The position numbers and the translations under genes are program-made. Below are positions 47,624 through 57,658 of a DNA stretch of 64,000 bases, piece by piece; the stretch's first letter is position 1; the number at the start of each line of letters is the position of its first letter. The stretch is from Minisyncoccota bacterium (GTDB lineage Bacteria > Patescibacteriota > Minisyncoccia > JAHIHE01 > JAGLIN01), in the NCBI GenBank assembly GCA_041661265.1, contig JBAZUT010000003.1:15191-79190 (forward strand), read 5' to 3'. Under the pieces are notes generated by a model. That model saw only the letters and a list, made by a program, of their open reading frames with translations, did not search any database and was not told the DNA's origin.

Positions 47624-48454
47624 ATGAATAATAAATTCATATTAGCAATAATTGTTGTTGTCAGCGCACCGATGGTTGCGGCTTATTTGTGGTATAAGAC
47701 TGACGAACTGTCCCCGGAACCTGTTAAAGAAAACATGTCCTATTATGAGATTGTAAAAGAAGACGAAAAATGCGCTGACAATTGTTTTTTGGAATATATC
47801 GTTATGTCAGATGGCGTGGTCATGGAGAAATATATAAAAGATTTCAACAATAAAGAAAAGAACGGAATAAGGATGCTGAATGCGGGTGTTGAAGTGGAAA
47901 AGCTATTCGAAAAAGTTGCGTTATTTTTTAATAAATACGGAACAAATGACGGCATCAGCTGCGAGAGCTGTTCGTCATATCATTTATATTACTCGGGACG
48001 CGACGGCAGGAGATCGTTCGCGACAATAGAAGGAAGCAACGATTCGGAGGTCGTGAATATTCTTAGCGCCACTATGGATCTCATTGCAAAAGCAAGCGAG
48101 GGTAATGTTGATTTTTTTCATTTTTATTACGGCAAAAAAGACGGCGGATATCTTGATTATCATATTTTCACGGATGGCGTGATAATCCGTGAGGTGTTCG
48201 GCAAACGGAACGGCCAACTTCTGGAGTCGGATATTTATCGGTCAGATGGCAAAAGGATAGCTGATGTCATAAATTTAACGAAGGCGGATTTTTTTAATGA
48301 GAATAGTGAAATCAAGTTTTGCAACAACAGGGAGTTTCTATGGGGTTATCTTGAAGTAAAAACGCGAGAAAGCTATAATTACATATATACATGCGGCGAC
48401 GGAAAGAATGATTCCGACATAATCTTCGATTATTTATATAATAATTTTGAATAG
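47624..48454 (+). CDS. hypothetical secreted or membrane-anchored protein (276 aa). First gene of a 4-gene operon
   Basis: N-terminal anchor. Stop overlaps the next start (TAGATG). Promoter TTGCAA-17-TATAAT upstream. Confidence 0.5.
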   Translation: MNNKFILAIIVVVSAPMVAAYLWYKTDELSPEPVKENMSYYEIVKEDEKCADNCFLEYIVMSDGVVMEKYIKDFNNKEKNGIRMLNAGVEVEKLFEKVALFFNKYGTNDGISCESCSSYHLYYSGRDGRRSFATIEGSNDSEVVNILSATMDLIAKASEGNVDFFHFYYGKKDGGYLDYHIFTDGVIIREVFGKRNGQLLESDIYRSDGKRIADVINLTKADFFNENSEIKFCNNREFLWGYLEVKTRESYNYIYTCGDGKNDSDIIFDYLYNNFE

Positions 48455-49369
48455 ATGAAATATACGGCAATATCCATATCGATTATCGCTGTTTGTTTCG
48501 CAAAAATTGCGGAAGCGATCATTATAGTCCCTCCGATCATTTATATTGCCACCTTTTCCGTCGGATCATTTGTATTGAATACATTTATGATGACGGCCGT
48601 CTATATGGCTGGCCGGGGACTTGTGGATCGTTTTTATCTCGGGAAGCAGATGCATGAAATTGTCGGCATTGCGTTTTCATATCTGGGATATATATTTGTT
48701 ATTATAGTTACGTCATTTGTTTCCATAGCCATCTTTGATCCGATCGATGCGCGAAGCCTGTTCTATGCGAGCGTTTTCTCTACCTTTTTGAGCTTTCTTA
48801 TGATGGCTCTGAATAATTTCAGAAAATACACGCTTGCAGATTCGCACAAGAGGAATGAGATTGTTCTGCCGATGATAGTTTTTTCTGTGATCGTTTTTAT
48901 AATAACGTTCGTGTCTGCATATTTCTCGATCAGTACCAGCATTATAAAAAAACAGGACCTTCCGAAAAAAACGGCGGTAACCGAGGATGTGTCAAATGCT
49001 CCCAGTGTTAATTTCGGAATTAATTTTGAAGCGAGCAAGAAAATGGCCGGTGAATACAAGAAGCAGGATGCGTCCGTTGCGGCGCCTGAAACCAAGGAAG
49101 ATATTTGGTTCTATCCGTATATGAATGGAACATGCGAGATATACGTGGGAGGACGGCTCATCAAAGCTGAAATGCCATCGGGAAAATGCTTCTATTACGA
49201 TAACAGCAATAATACGAGAAGAATGATATGTCCTATATATCTGACATTTGAAGAACTGAGCAGGTCACAGCCCAAGAAGAGCGCGTTAATGCAAATAGAA
49301 GGAAGGGGTTCGTGTCTCGACAGCTACAGGGTATATATAACCGAGAGCGGATTTAAATATGTTCAATAG
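48455..49369 (+). CDS. hypothetical polytopic membrane protein with Cys-containing C-terminal extracytoplasmic domain
   Basis: About 4 TM helices, then a 130-aa soluble domain. Confidence 0.5.
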   Translation: MKYTAISISIIAVCFAKIAEAIIIVPPIIYIATFSVGSFVLNTFMMTAVYMAGRGLVDRFYLGKQMHEIVGIAFSYLGYIFVIIVTSFVSIAIFDPIDARSLFYASVFSTFLSFLMMALNNFRKYTLADSHKRNEIVLPMIVFSVIVFIITFVSAYFSISTSIIKKQDLPKKTAVTEDVSNAPSVNFGINFEASKKMAGEYKKQDASVAAPETKEDIWFYPYMNGTCEIYVGGRLIKAEMPSGKCFYYDNSNNTRRMICPIYLTFEELSRSQPKKSALMQIEGRGSCLDSYRVYITESGFKYVQ

Positions 49370-49372
49370 AAA

Positions 49373-51802
49373 ATGAAAACAAAATTGAGACAAATAAAAA
49401 TTAAGGGTCTCGGAAAATTGAATATTTACGGGACGGGCGAAGGCGATGTTGTTGTGTTGGAGAAAGATGAGAATTCTTACTTTATGGGCGCGTCAAAAGA
49501 ATGTACGCAAGATTTTTTTGATAGAATATATGATGAAAATGGGCCTTTCTGGAGGCTTTATGCGAATGCAGGATTTGCGGTCAGGCCGCAACAGACCAAA
49601 TATGCCGTATATGTCGGCAACGCCTTATATTTCAGGAAAAGCGTTGAGGAAAGGTATATGTATAATGCCGGTATTGAGAAGGATTATGCCATAAAAAACA
49701 ATTACCTCATAAGAAAAACGAAATGGGATTTGCGCAATCTGATATATCTGCTGACATTGCCCTTTGATGAGGCAAGACAATTTGTAAACATGATAAAATT
49801 CAGCTTTTATGCGAATGAAATGATCCGAGGATATGAAAGATCATACAGAAGCGCCATTGAATTTTATAATTTTTATTCAAGTGAAGGAAATATTTATGAT
49901 CCTGCAAAGACGGCAAAAGAGGCAATGGAACGAGCTGTGGAAATGATGGAATATTCAATTGCGGCTTTTATATGCAATAAATACGGAATAAAATTAAAGC
50001 ATTCAAAATATATCGACGAATGCGAGCTTGAAAAGCTGTCGACTTATATCGAAACGAATAACACGATGGCGATCCTGGATGAGTTCGAATTTTATTCGCT
50101 CAATCCCTATGACATATCTGTGCCCCGGCTCTTCGAGGACGATTTTAGGATCAATAAATTTTCAGGTTTCAAGGTGCCCGGCGATAATTCATTAAGATGG
50201 AGAGAAAATGTAAAATTCATAGTTGCGAGATACATGCATATAATGAGGATGTGCTATAAACTGATAGGAGACAATAGTAAAATGGGCGATCTTATATTCT
50301 ATTTGAAGATAAATGAATTAAGCAAAATCGATCCGGATGCGGAAGGATCGGTCCGGGACCTCATTGATGTTGCGCTAAAAAGAAAAAATGATCTTGAAAC
50401 GATAAGGAATATCGGATTGCCAAGCGTTCTGGTGTATAAGAATGAAAAATATTATGAAAAGGCGGGAATCGATCTTGCCGATAAATCGAAAAATAGGCTG
50501 AACGCGATAAGTGTATCGTCAAAGAAAAGTGTCAGCGGACCCATAGTCAATATAAACAGCATGGGTGATTATGAAAAATGCGCAGAGGGTTCCATAATAC
50601 TTTCAAAAACATTATCTCCGAATCTTGTGATCCTGTTCAAGAAGGCTGCAGGGATCATAGCTGAAAGCGGGGGATCGCTGTGCCATGCCGCAATAATAGC
50701 TCGAGAGATGAATTTGCCGTGCCTGATACAATTAAAGACGAAGAACGGCATCCCGGATGGAAGCATTGTAAGGCTGGACGGCAAAAATGCGACAGTTACG
50801 ATATTGGATGCTGAAAAAAAGGCTGAAAAAGAAACAACTCACAACGAACTGAACAAAGCTAGTGCAGAGCTGGAGACCGCGCGCAAAAATCCGGATCAGT
50901 CCGTGCACGAAAGAATTGTTCTTAACAAAGGTCAAAAGGTGGATTTTTATATGTTGAGCGGCGGAAAGCTTCAAAGCAAAAGCGCAGGAAACAAGGCGGC
51001 TAATCTTTCAGAGATATATTCTCATTTCAATGTCCCTGATGGGTTCGTCATCGACTCTGAGTATTTTAGAAAATTGAACGGCTTTGAAAGGATCGGATCC
51101 ATAGTGAGAGAAATTAATAAGGCCAATGCGTCGGAAATAGCGAAATTGGAGGAGCATTACAATGTTTTGAAAAATGAATTTTCGAATATAGAATTCTCCA
51201 GAAAATTGGCGGATGAACTTGGACTGTTCTATGAAAAACTGGCCTCACGGCTGGTTGCGGCAAGGTCCAGTTCTTCCAGTGAGGATAGCGCCAAGGCGTC
51301 TTTTGCGGGACAATTCGATTCATACATCAATATCGGCGACATTAACAATCTTGAGTATGCGATAAAGAGCTGCTGGGCTTCGTTCTATTCCCCAAGGTCT
51401 GTTGTATATAGGAAAGAAAACAGAATTAAAAATGATAGCGCAAATATGGCGATATTGGTTCAAAAAATGATCGAAGCGAAATATTCCGGAATAGCATTTT
51501 CAAAGGACATAATGAATGATAATGCAATGTCTATAGAGGTTATTCCCGGTACATGTGAAAAACTGGCATCAGGAGAGGTTTCACCGAATGTTTATATTAT
51601 CGAAAGAGAAAGCATGTCGGTGTTGAAGGTTAATGCAAATTTTGATTTCGATGACAATCTTGTCACAGGTCTTGCAACAGAGGTTCTAAAGCTCGAAAAT
51701 TATTTCAAGGCGCCGCAAGATGTCGAATGGTGCATAGATAATGAGAATAAGATATGGATAATTCAAACCAGGCCGATAACTTCGGCGTGTAAAATCAAAT
51801 AA
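49373..51802 (+). CDS. PEP-utilising-enzyme family protein with permuted domain order (unknown N-domain, then His-swivel domain, then PPDK_N ATP-grasp domain)
   Basis: 'GGSLCHAAIIAREMNLP' (phospho-His swivel) at about aa 430-450. 'GGKLQSKSAGNKAANLSE...VEWCIDNENKIWIIQTRPIT' (nucleotide-binding domain) at about aa 505-809. Confidence 0.6.
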   Translation: MKTKLRQIKIKGLGKLNIYGTGEGDVVVLEKDENSYFMGASKECTQDFFDRIYDENGPFWRLYANAGFAVRPQQTKYAVYVGNALYFRKSVEERYMYNAGIEKDYAIKNNYLIRKTKWDLRNLIYLLTLPFDEARQFVNMIKFSFYANEMIRGYERSYRSAIEFYNFYSSEGNIYDPAKTAKEAMERAVEMMEYSIAAFICNKYGIKLKHSKYIDECELEKLSTYIETNNTMAILDEFEFYSLNPYDISVPRLFEDDFRINKFSGFKVPGDNSLRWRENVKFIVARYMHIMRMCYKLIGDNSKMGDLIFYLKINELSKIDPDAEGSVRDLIDVALKRKNDLETIRNIGLPSVLVYKNEKYYEKAGIDLADKSKNRLNAISVSSKKSVSGPIVNINSMGDYEKCAEGSIILSKTLSPNLVILFKKAAGIIAESGGSLCHAAIIAREMNLPCLIQLKTKNGIPDGSIVRLDGKNATVTILDAEKKAEKETTHNELNKASAELETARKNPDQSVHERIVLNKGQKVDFYMLSGGKLQSKSAGNKAANLSEIYSHFNVPDGFVIDSEYFRKLNGFERIGSIVREINKANASEIAKLEEHYNVLKNEFSNIEFSRKLADELGLFYEKLASRLVAARSSSSSEDSAKASFAGQFDSYINIGDINNLEYAIKSCWASFYSPRSVVYRKENRIKNDSANMAILVQKMIEAKYSGIAFSKDIMNDNAMSIEVIPGTCEKLASGEVSPNVYIIERESMSVLKVNANFDFDDNLVTGLATEVLKLENYFKAPQDVEWCIDNENKIWIIQTRPITSACKIK

Positions 51803-51806
51803 AAAC

Positions 51807-52967
51807 ATGATATTAAAAGATCCTCTTTACGGTTTTATCTCAATCGGCGAGCCTTTCAAGAGCCTGATGGATACCGAGCAATTCCAGCGTTTGCGGAATA
51901 TAAAGCAGCTCGGACAAAGCTATATTGTTTATTCATCTGCAAATCATACGAGATTCGAGCATTCGATCGGAACATATTATCTTGCTCAAAAGGTCGCAGA
52001 AAATAATGCAATTGAAAATAAAGATGAATTCATTGCGGCAGCTTTATTGCATGATATCGGGCATTATCCATTCTCACATTCCATTGAGAAGGCCGTCAGG
52101 CAATTGACGGAGAAGGGCCACGAGCAGCAAAGCATTGAGATCATCAGAAATACGAATATTTCAAAAATATTAAGAGATCATGGATTGGATATTGAGCTTA
52201 TCTGCAATTATATAGAAGGAAAAGGGAAATATGCCAGCCTGATCTCGGGTCAGATCGACGTTGACCGTATGGATTATCTGAAAAGAGATTCATATTATAC
52301 GGGCGTAGCTTACGGGATTATTGAATCTGATGTTATTATCAATAATTATACGATAAAAGGCGACGACTATATAGCCGATATCAAATATCTGCCGGCATTT
52401 GAGTCCGTTCTAATCGCCAGATACCTGATGTATTCAATGGTATATATGCACCATAGGACCATAATTGCGAATACAATGCTCCGCAGCGCATTTATTGAAG
52501 CTCTTAATAACGGCGATTTTAAGATCGAAAAGCTCATTGAATTCGATGATATTGATCTCATAAGCAGATTCAGATCGTCTTCTTCTCCCGCAAAACAACT
52601 TATGGATGCCATTACGAAAAGAAATTTATACAAGGAAGCCATTATTTTCAGCAAAGATGATTTTGAAGATGCAGGTAAGATGATAGGATACGATAAAGTG
52701 CAGGAAGTCGAGGCGTTGATCGCTAAAGAATTGAAATTAAATCGGTATGAGGTGCTGATTAATATCATGGGATTTCCAAAATCAAACAAAAGCAGGATAC
52801 TGATCAGTCCTTCGATGAAAAAACTTGAGGATATATCGCCGATCGTAAGCTCTCTGAATATGGCAGAATGGAATCACTGGTTTGCCGGAGTTTATTGCCA
52901 GGAAAAGGATATTGATAAAATCCGGCAAAAAAAAGATATGATCAGGTCATATCTTATAGGAAAATAG
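51807..52967 (+). CDS. HD-domain phosphohydrolase (dGTPase-like)
   Basis: 'FEHSIGTYYLAQ', 'LLHDIGHYPFSH', 'DVDRMDYLKRD'. Confidence 0.65.
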   Translation: MILKDPLYGFISIGEPFKSLMDTEQFQRLRNIKQLGQSYIVYSSANHTRFEHSIGTYYLAQKVAENNAIENKDEFIAAALLHDIGHYPFSHSIEKAVRQLTEKGHEQQSIEIIRNTNISKILRDHGLDIELICNYIEGKGKYASLISGQIDVDRMDYLKRDSYYTGVAYGIIESDVIINNYTIKGDDYIADIKYLPAFESVLIARYLMYSMVYMHHRTIIANTMLRSAFIEALNNGDFKIEKLIEFDDIDLISRFRSSSSPAKQLMDAITKRNLYKEAIIFSKDDFEDAGKMIGYDKVQEVEALIAKELKLNRYEVLINIMGFPKSNKSRILISPSMKKLEDISPIVSSLNMAEWNHWFAGVYCQEKDIDKIRQKKDMIRSYLIGK

Positions 52968-52984
52968 CACTGAAGGATAATGTT

Positions 52985-54334
52985 CTATATAGCATTATCC
53001 TTTTTCATTATCTCAATAGCTTCTATCACCGAAAAAGCCGCGCGAGTAATGCCCATACTTCTCATATCGGCGTCAGTACCGACTAAATACAGTCCTTTAA
53101 TGGGCACTTTGGGTGAGGGAAATTCTATATTGACCTTTATGGCGCCTTTTTCCGGTATTATGGTTTGAACATGCTCAAACTCGACATTCTGTTCCGCGTT
53201 CGGGATTGCTTTGAAAATACATTCTTTCAGGTTCTTAAGCTGTTTTTCAAAACTGCTTTCTTTGAATATCGTTGTAAATCCAACCAGCTGCTTGTTCTTG
53301 GGGCATAAAGTGTTATCGTAATTAGACGAAGGAACTGCCCAAAAAGGCGTTTCTGAATCGAAAAATATTTCAGAACCTATATATGCAAACTCTGGTAATT
53401 TTTTTTTAAAACCGAGCCAAAGAGTAAAGCTAAGCGTTTGCTCGATTTTTTTCAACTGATCCGAGAACTTAGCGGGCAAGGCCCTGCAGAGGCGGGGAAG
53501 GTCTTTGGCGTAGCCTGAAAAAATCACAAGATCTGATCGATAAACCTCCTTGTGTGTTCGGACGGAGTATATCGATCCTTCTTTTGTAATAAGCTCAGTC
53601 ACATCTTCAGCCAAATGTATCTCGACATTAGGTTTATTGAATGAATTTATTGCGCAGGACGTTATGCTCTGAATGCCTCCAAGCGGATATCCCTGGGAAG
53701 AAAAATCCTGTCTTGCGATCTTCATGAATTTGCGTAAATGGCTTGTGGCGCTGCCGGTATCGCCATCCAAATATCCCGACCCGCCGAGAATCCTCCATGC
53801 AGGAGTTTCTTTTATGGATTTGCCGCTTAGGAAATATGAAACCGCATCCAGAAATCTGATCGATTTCGGCGACATATTATATTTTCCTATGAAGCTGTAT
53901 ACGCTCTGGTTCAGTATATTCTTATTGAGCGAGGAGTTAGCAACGGCGTCTATGAGAGCCCCCGAGAGCAGCAGCCGGTCTTTTTTCGAGAGAATATCGA
54001 ATTTTGCAAGCTGGATCAGCGTTAGAGGAAACTCCTGGAATTTATTCTGATATCTGACATAATACATTCCGAACGGCACGAAGCGAGGGATCACCGTAAA
54101 ATATTTTTTCATGATGAATGTTAGCGGGCCTTTCACTAAGTCCGTAATTGCGTGAGGCCCCGTGTCCACAAAATATCCATCGATCTCATAAGTACGGCAA
54201 TTCCCTCCCAAATAAGAGTTTTTTTCTATTATCAGTACTTTCTTGCCTTCCTTGGAAAGGATCAGTGCGGACAATAGACCGCTGATACCGCCCCCGACAA
54301 CTATTGCGTCATATTTTTTATTTTCAGAATTCAT
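52985..54334 (-). CDS. FAD-dependent oxidoreductase (phytoene-desaturase/amine-oxidase-like)
   Basis: 'YDAIVVGGGISGLLSALIL...GGNCRT'. Confidence 0.6.
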   Translation of the reverse strand: MNSENKKYDAIVVGGGISGLLSALILSKEGKKVLIIEKNSYLGGNCRTYEIDGYFVDTGPHAITDLVKGPLTFIMKKYFTVIPRFVPFGMYYVRYQNKFQEFPLTLIQLAKFDILSKKDRLLLSGALIDAVANSSLNKNILNQSVYSFIGKYNMSPKSIRFLDAVSYFLSGKSIKETPAWRILGGSGYLDGDTGSATSHLRKFMKIARQDFSSQGYPLGGIQSITSCAINSFNKPNVEIHLAEDVTELITKEGSIYSVRTHKEVYRSDLVIFSGYAKDLPRLCRALPAKFSDQLKKIEQTLSFTLWLGFKKKLPEFAYIGSEIFFDSETPFWAVPSSNYDNTLCPKNKQLVGFTTIFKESSFEKQLKNLKECIFKAIPNAEQNVEFEHVQTIIPEKGAIKVNIEFPSPKVPIKGLYLVGTDADMRSMGITRAAFSVIEAIEIMKKDNAI

Positions 54335-54428
54335 TTTCGGAATTATTTATAATTACAGATTAATATTATGACAGATCGCATAAAAAATCAAATTGACATA
54401 TGACGGGATATGCGGATATAATTGAAAA

Positions 54429-55952
54429 ATGATAATATCAAACAAAAGATTATATCTCATAGTATTCATTACTGGCGCGATCGTCATGATCTTGGAATTG
54501 GTCGGATCGAGGATACTTGCGCCGACACTGGGAACGTCGATTTATGTCTGGACGAGTCTGATCGGAATCATTTTGGGAGCTATGAGCCTTGGATATTATC
54601 TGGGCGGACGTTTGTCCGACAAAGATCCCAATACGCAGACATTTTCGAATTTGTTGTTGATCTCCGGTCTTTTTGTTTTTTTTATCATAGTAATGAAAAA
54701 GCCCGTTCTTGATGCAAGTATTCATTTAGAATTAAAATATGCCGCTATATTTGCCGCATTGACGCTATTTTCTATCCCAGGAATATTATTAGGTGCCATA
54801 TCTCCATATTCCGTAAGACTTGCTATGAAAAATGTGGAAACCTCCGGAAACACTGTAGGCAATCTTTACGCCGTATCAACATTCGGCAGTATTATCGGCA
54901 CTTTTTTGGCCGGTTTTTATTTCATACCGAATTATGGAAGTACGAATATACTTTACGGACTCGCCATCGGTCTATGTGTCATATCACTGATCGCTAATAG
55001 CAAGAAGGATAAAGCGATAAGATTAATGCTCGTCTTTTTTTTGGCTATTGGCGTCTCCGTAGTTGCTGGCGCTTCGGAAACAAATAAATACTTAGTTGAT
55101 GAGGATAGCGAATATAATCACATAAGGGTATATGATACGACAGGTTCCGATGGAAAAACATTGCGCATCATGTCTGTCGAGAATGCCTTTGATTCCGGAA
55201 TGTATTTGGATTCAGATGAGCTGGCGTTCGCTTATTCGAAATATTTCAGACTTGCGGACCTATTCAATCGAAAAATGAAGAAAGTTGCTGTGTTCGGGGG
55301 AGCCGCTTATACAATACCCAAGGACATACTAAAAAGACATGAGGCTACTTTTGTTGATGTTGTTGAAATAGATCCAAAAACGACAAAAATCGCGGAGGAA
55401 TATTTCAATCTTGATCGGAATAATGAACGACTCGGCACATACCATATGGACGCGAGGAAGTTTCTGAACGAAAAGAGCGGTGCCGTTTCGGAAAAATACG
55501 ATGCGATCTATAATGACGCTTTCAGCTCGACTTGCACAGTACCCTTTCAATTGACAACACTGGAGGCGGTGAAGCAAATATCAGGCATGCTTAATGACGA
55601 AGGAGTATACGTAATGAATGTAATATCTTCGATAAGAGGAGAGAAGTCGGAATTTTTCAGATCTGAATTCAGAACGATGAAATCAGTGTTCAAGAACGTT
55701 TATGTGTTTGCGACGGTATCCAATGAAGAAAAATATTCCGAAATTAATCAGAATCTGGTTGTTATTGCGGTGAAAAAGGACTATGATATTGGAAATATGG
55801 CAGCGGAGAATATCGGAAACGAGTATGGCGAGATGATCACAAAGTATTGGAATGGAGGCATCGAAATCGGCGATGCGATAATATTAACTGACGACTATGC
55901 GCCCGTGGAGCATTTCACTTCAAAGCTGTGCCAGGTCGTAAACAGAAATTGA
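54429..55952 (+). CDS. spermidine-synthase-family methyltransferase fused to an N-terminal membrane domain
   Basis: Multi-TM N-terminus. C-terminus 'VAVFGGAAYT...VDVVEIDP...YDAIYNDAFS'. Confidence 0.55.
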   Translation: MIISNKRLYLIVFITGAIVMILELVGSRILAPTLGTSIYVWTSLIGIILGAMSLGYYLGGRLSDKDPNTQTFSNLLLISGLFVFFIIVMKKPVLDASIHLELKYAAIFAALTLFSIPGILLGAISPYSVRLAMKNVETSGNTVGNLYAVSTFGSIIGTFLAGFYFIPNYGSTNILYGLAIGLCVISLIANSKKDKAIRLMLVFFLAIGVSVVAGASETNKYLVDEDSEYNHIRVYDTTGSDGKTLRIMSVENAFDSGMYLDSDELAFAYSKYFRLADLFNRKMKKVAVFGGAAYTIPKDILKRHEATFVDVVEIDPKTTKIAEEYFNLDRNNERLGTYHMDARKFLNEKSGAVSEKYDAIYNDAFSSTCTVPFQLTTLEAVKQISGMLNDEGVYVMNVISSIRGEKSEFFRSEFRTMKSVFKNVYVFATVSNEEKYSEINQNLVVIAVKKDYDIGNMAAENIGNEYGEMITKYWNGGIEIGDAIILTDDYAPVEHFTSKLCQVVNRN

Positions 55953-55954
55953 CC

Positions 55955-57241
55955 ATGAAAAACAGAATCGAGCTCCTTGCGCCAGCCGGAAGCTATGAAA
56001 AAATGATCTATGCATTGGAATACGGAGCAGATGCCGTTTATGCGGGACTGCCTGATTTCAGTTTGAGAGCGAGAATCAATAAATTCGATGAAAATAAGAT
56101 CATTGAAGCTATTGATTATGTTCATAGAAAAAAGAGGAAAATATATATTACAGTGAATGTATTTGCTCATAATTCCCATATAAAAAAAATCGAGGCATTC
56201 TTGAAGTTATTAAAAACTCACAGACCTGATGCCATTATTGCAAGTGATCCGGGTGTGATCGAAATGATAGGCAAGCAACTTCCCGGCATGGACGTGCATC
56301 TTTCAACACAAGCGAACACTACGAACTGGCGGAGCGTGAAATTCTGGAAAGCGCAAGGAGTGAAAAGGATCATTCTTGCACGTGAATTGAATCTGGGCGA
56401 AATAGCCGAGATCCACAGGAATGTACCGGGCATCGAGTTGGAATATTTCGTACATGGAGCGATGTGCATGGCCTATTCCGGACGCTGCCTCCTCAGCTCA
56501 TGGATGACCGGAAGAAGTTCGAATCTCGGAGATTGTTCACAGAATTGCCGGTGGAGATATGACTTGGTCGAAGAAAAAAGCCCGAATGAATATATTCCCG
56601 TTGAGCAAGATATGCACGGGTCATATTTATTGAATTCAAAAGATATATGTCTTATCGATCATCTCGATGAGCTTGGGAAGGCAGGAATATCTTCATTTAA
56701 GATCGAGGGCAGGGCGAAAAGCGCGTATTATCTTGCCCAAGTGGTTAAATCTTACAGGGAAGCTATGGATATAAAGGAAAAAGGCAAGAAGAAGATCGCG
56801 AAGATCAGGGCTATAAAGCATAATCTCAGTAAACTGCAGAACAGGAGCTATAGCACAGGGTTTCTTTTTGATGAGTGTGAAAAGAAAGGATTCGAAACCA
56901 GATATTCCCATACGAGCGAAGAGCATGTTTTTGTCGGTGAAGTGATGGAGATTAAAAATGAAAAGTTAAAAATGAAAAAAGAAAATCCGGAAGACAATAG
57001 AAATCAATTAAATAATAATCTTGTGAAAATAAAAGTTCACAATGCGTTATATAAAGGAGATAAGGTTGAGATCATCAGCCCCAAAGGCAAAAACATGACC
57101 TCCAGAATTAAAAAGATCATTGAAATCGATTCCATGCAAGAATCCGATTCGGCGCATGGGGGCCAGAACAAAATGGTTTATGTCAGCTTGGGGGTGAAAC
57201 CTGAAAAATATAGCATAATAAGAAAATACAAACACAGCTAG
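55955..57241 (+). CDS. U32 family peptidase-like protein
   Basis: 'IELLAPAGSYEKMIYALEYGADAVYAG'. The start was moved to the ATG after the upstream stop. Confidence 0.7.
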   Translation: MKNRIELLAPAGSYEKMIYALEYGADAVYAGLPDFSLRARINKFDENKIIEAIDYVHRKKRKIYITVNVFAHNSHIKKIEAFLKLLKTHRPDAIIASDPGVIEMIGKQLPGMDVHLSTQANTTNWRSVKFWKAQGVKRIILARELNLGEIAEIHRNVPGIELEYFVHGAMCMAYSGRCLLSSWMTGRSSNLGDCSQNCRWRYDLVEEKSPNEYIPVEQDMHGSYLLNSKDICLIDHLDELGKAGISSFKIEGRAKSAYYLAQVVKSYREAMDIKEKGKKKIAKIRAIKHNLSKLQNRSYSTGFLFDECEKKGFETRYSHTSEEHVFVGEVMEIKNEKLKMKKENPEDNRNQLNNNLVKIKVHNALYKGDKVEIISPKGKNMTSRIKKIIEIDSMQESDSAHGGQNKMVYVSLGVKPEKYSIIRKYKHS

Positions 57242-57317
57242 ATCTGTGCTTATTGACTTTGTTGAAGACATGGGCTATGCTATTTTCATTCGATAAATTC
57301 GAAGCTGGAAGTGAAAA

Positions 57318-57449
57318 ATGGTAAAAGTAAAATTATTTGAAAGGATGGATTGTTCGGTTTGCGGAGGGGGAGGAATAAAGAATGGCAAGTGGTGCACTAA
57401 TTGTAGCGGCAACGGGGAAATAACTGTAATCTTTTCATTACATAAATAA
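57318..57449 (+). CDS. DnaJ-like CxxCxGxG zinc-finger mini-protein (43 aa), speculative
   Basis: 'CSVCGGGG' and 'CTNCSGNG'. Confidence 0.25.
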   Translation: MVKVKLFERMDCSVCGGGGIKNGKWCTNCSGNGEITVIFSLHK

Positions 57450-57523
57450 TGCTCTTGCCGATCCTACTATCCATTGCGCTTATTCAAAAAGCTGCAATTC
57501 GGTAGTTTTTTTATTTTGTGAGA

Positions 57524-57553
57524 AGGTTATTGACAGAAAATGCAAATCTGCTA
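57524..57553 (+). promoter_or_regulatory. consensus promoter upstream of nusA
   Basis: TTGACA-17-TATAAT. About 100-nt leader with hairpin gcgac/gtcgc and a T7 run just before the nusA start. Confidence 0.45.
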
Positions 57554-57658
57554 TAATAGGTATGTAATGAATACTGAACCGAAGCGACTTTTCGTCGCAA
57601 GAACCTAAGCCGGAAGCGGATGGGTTTTTTTAAAATCATAATCAATTTAAGAAATAAT

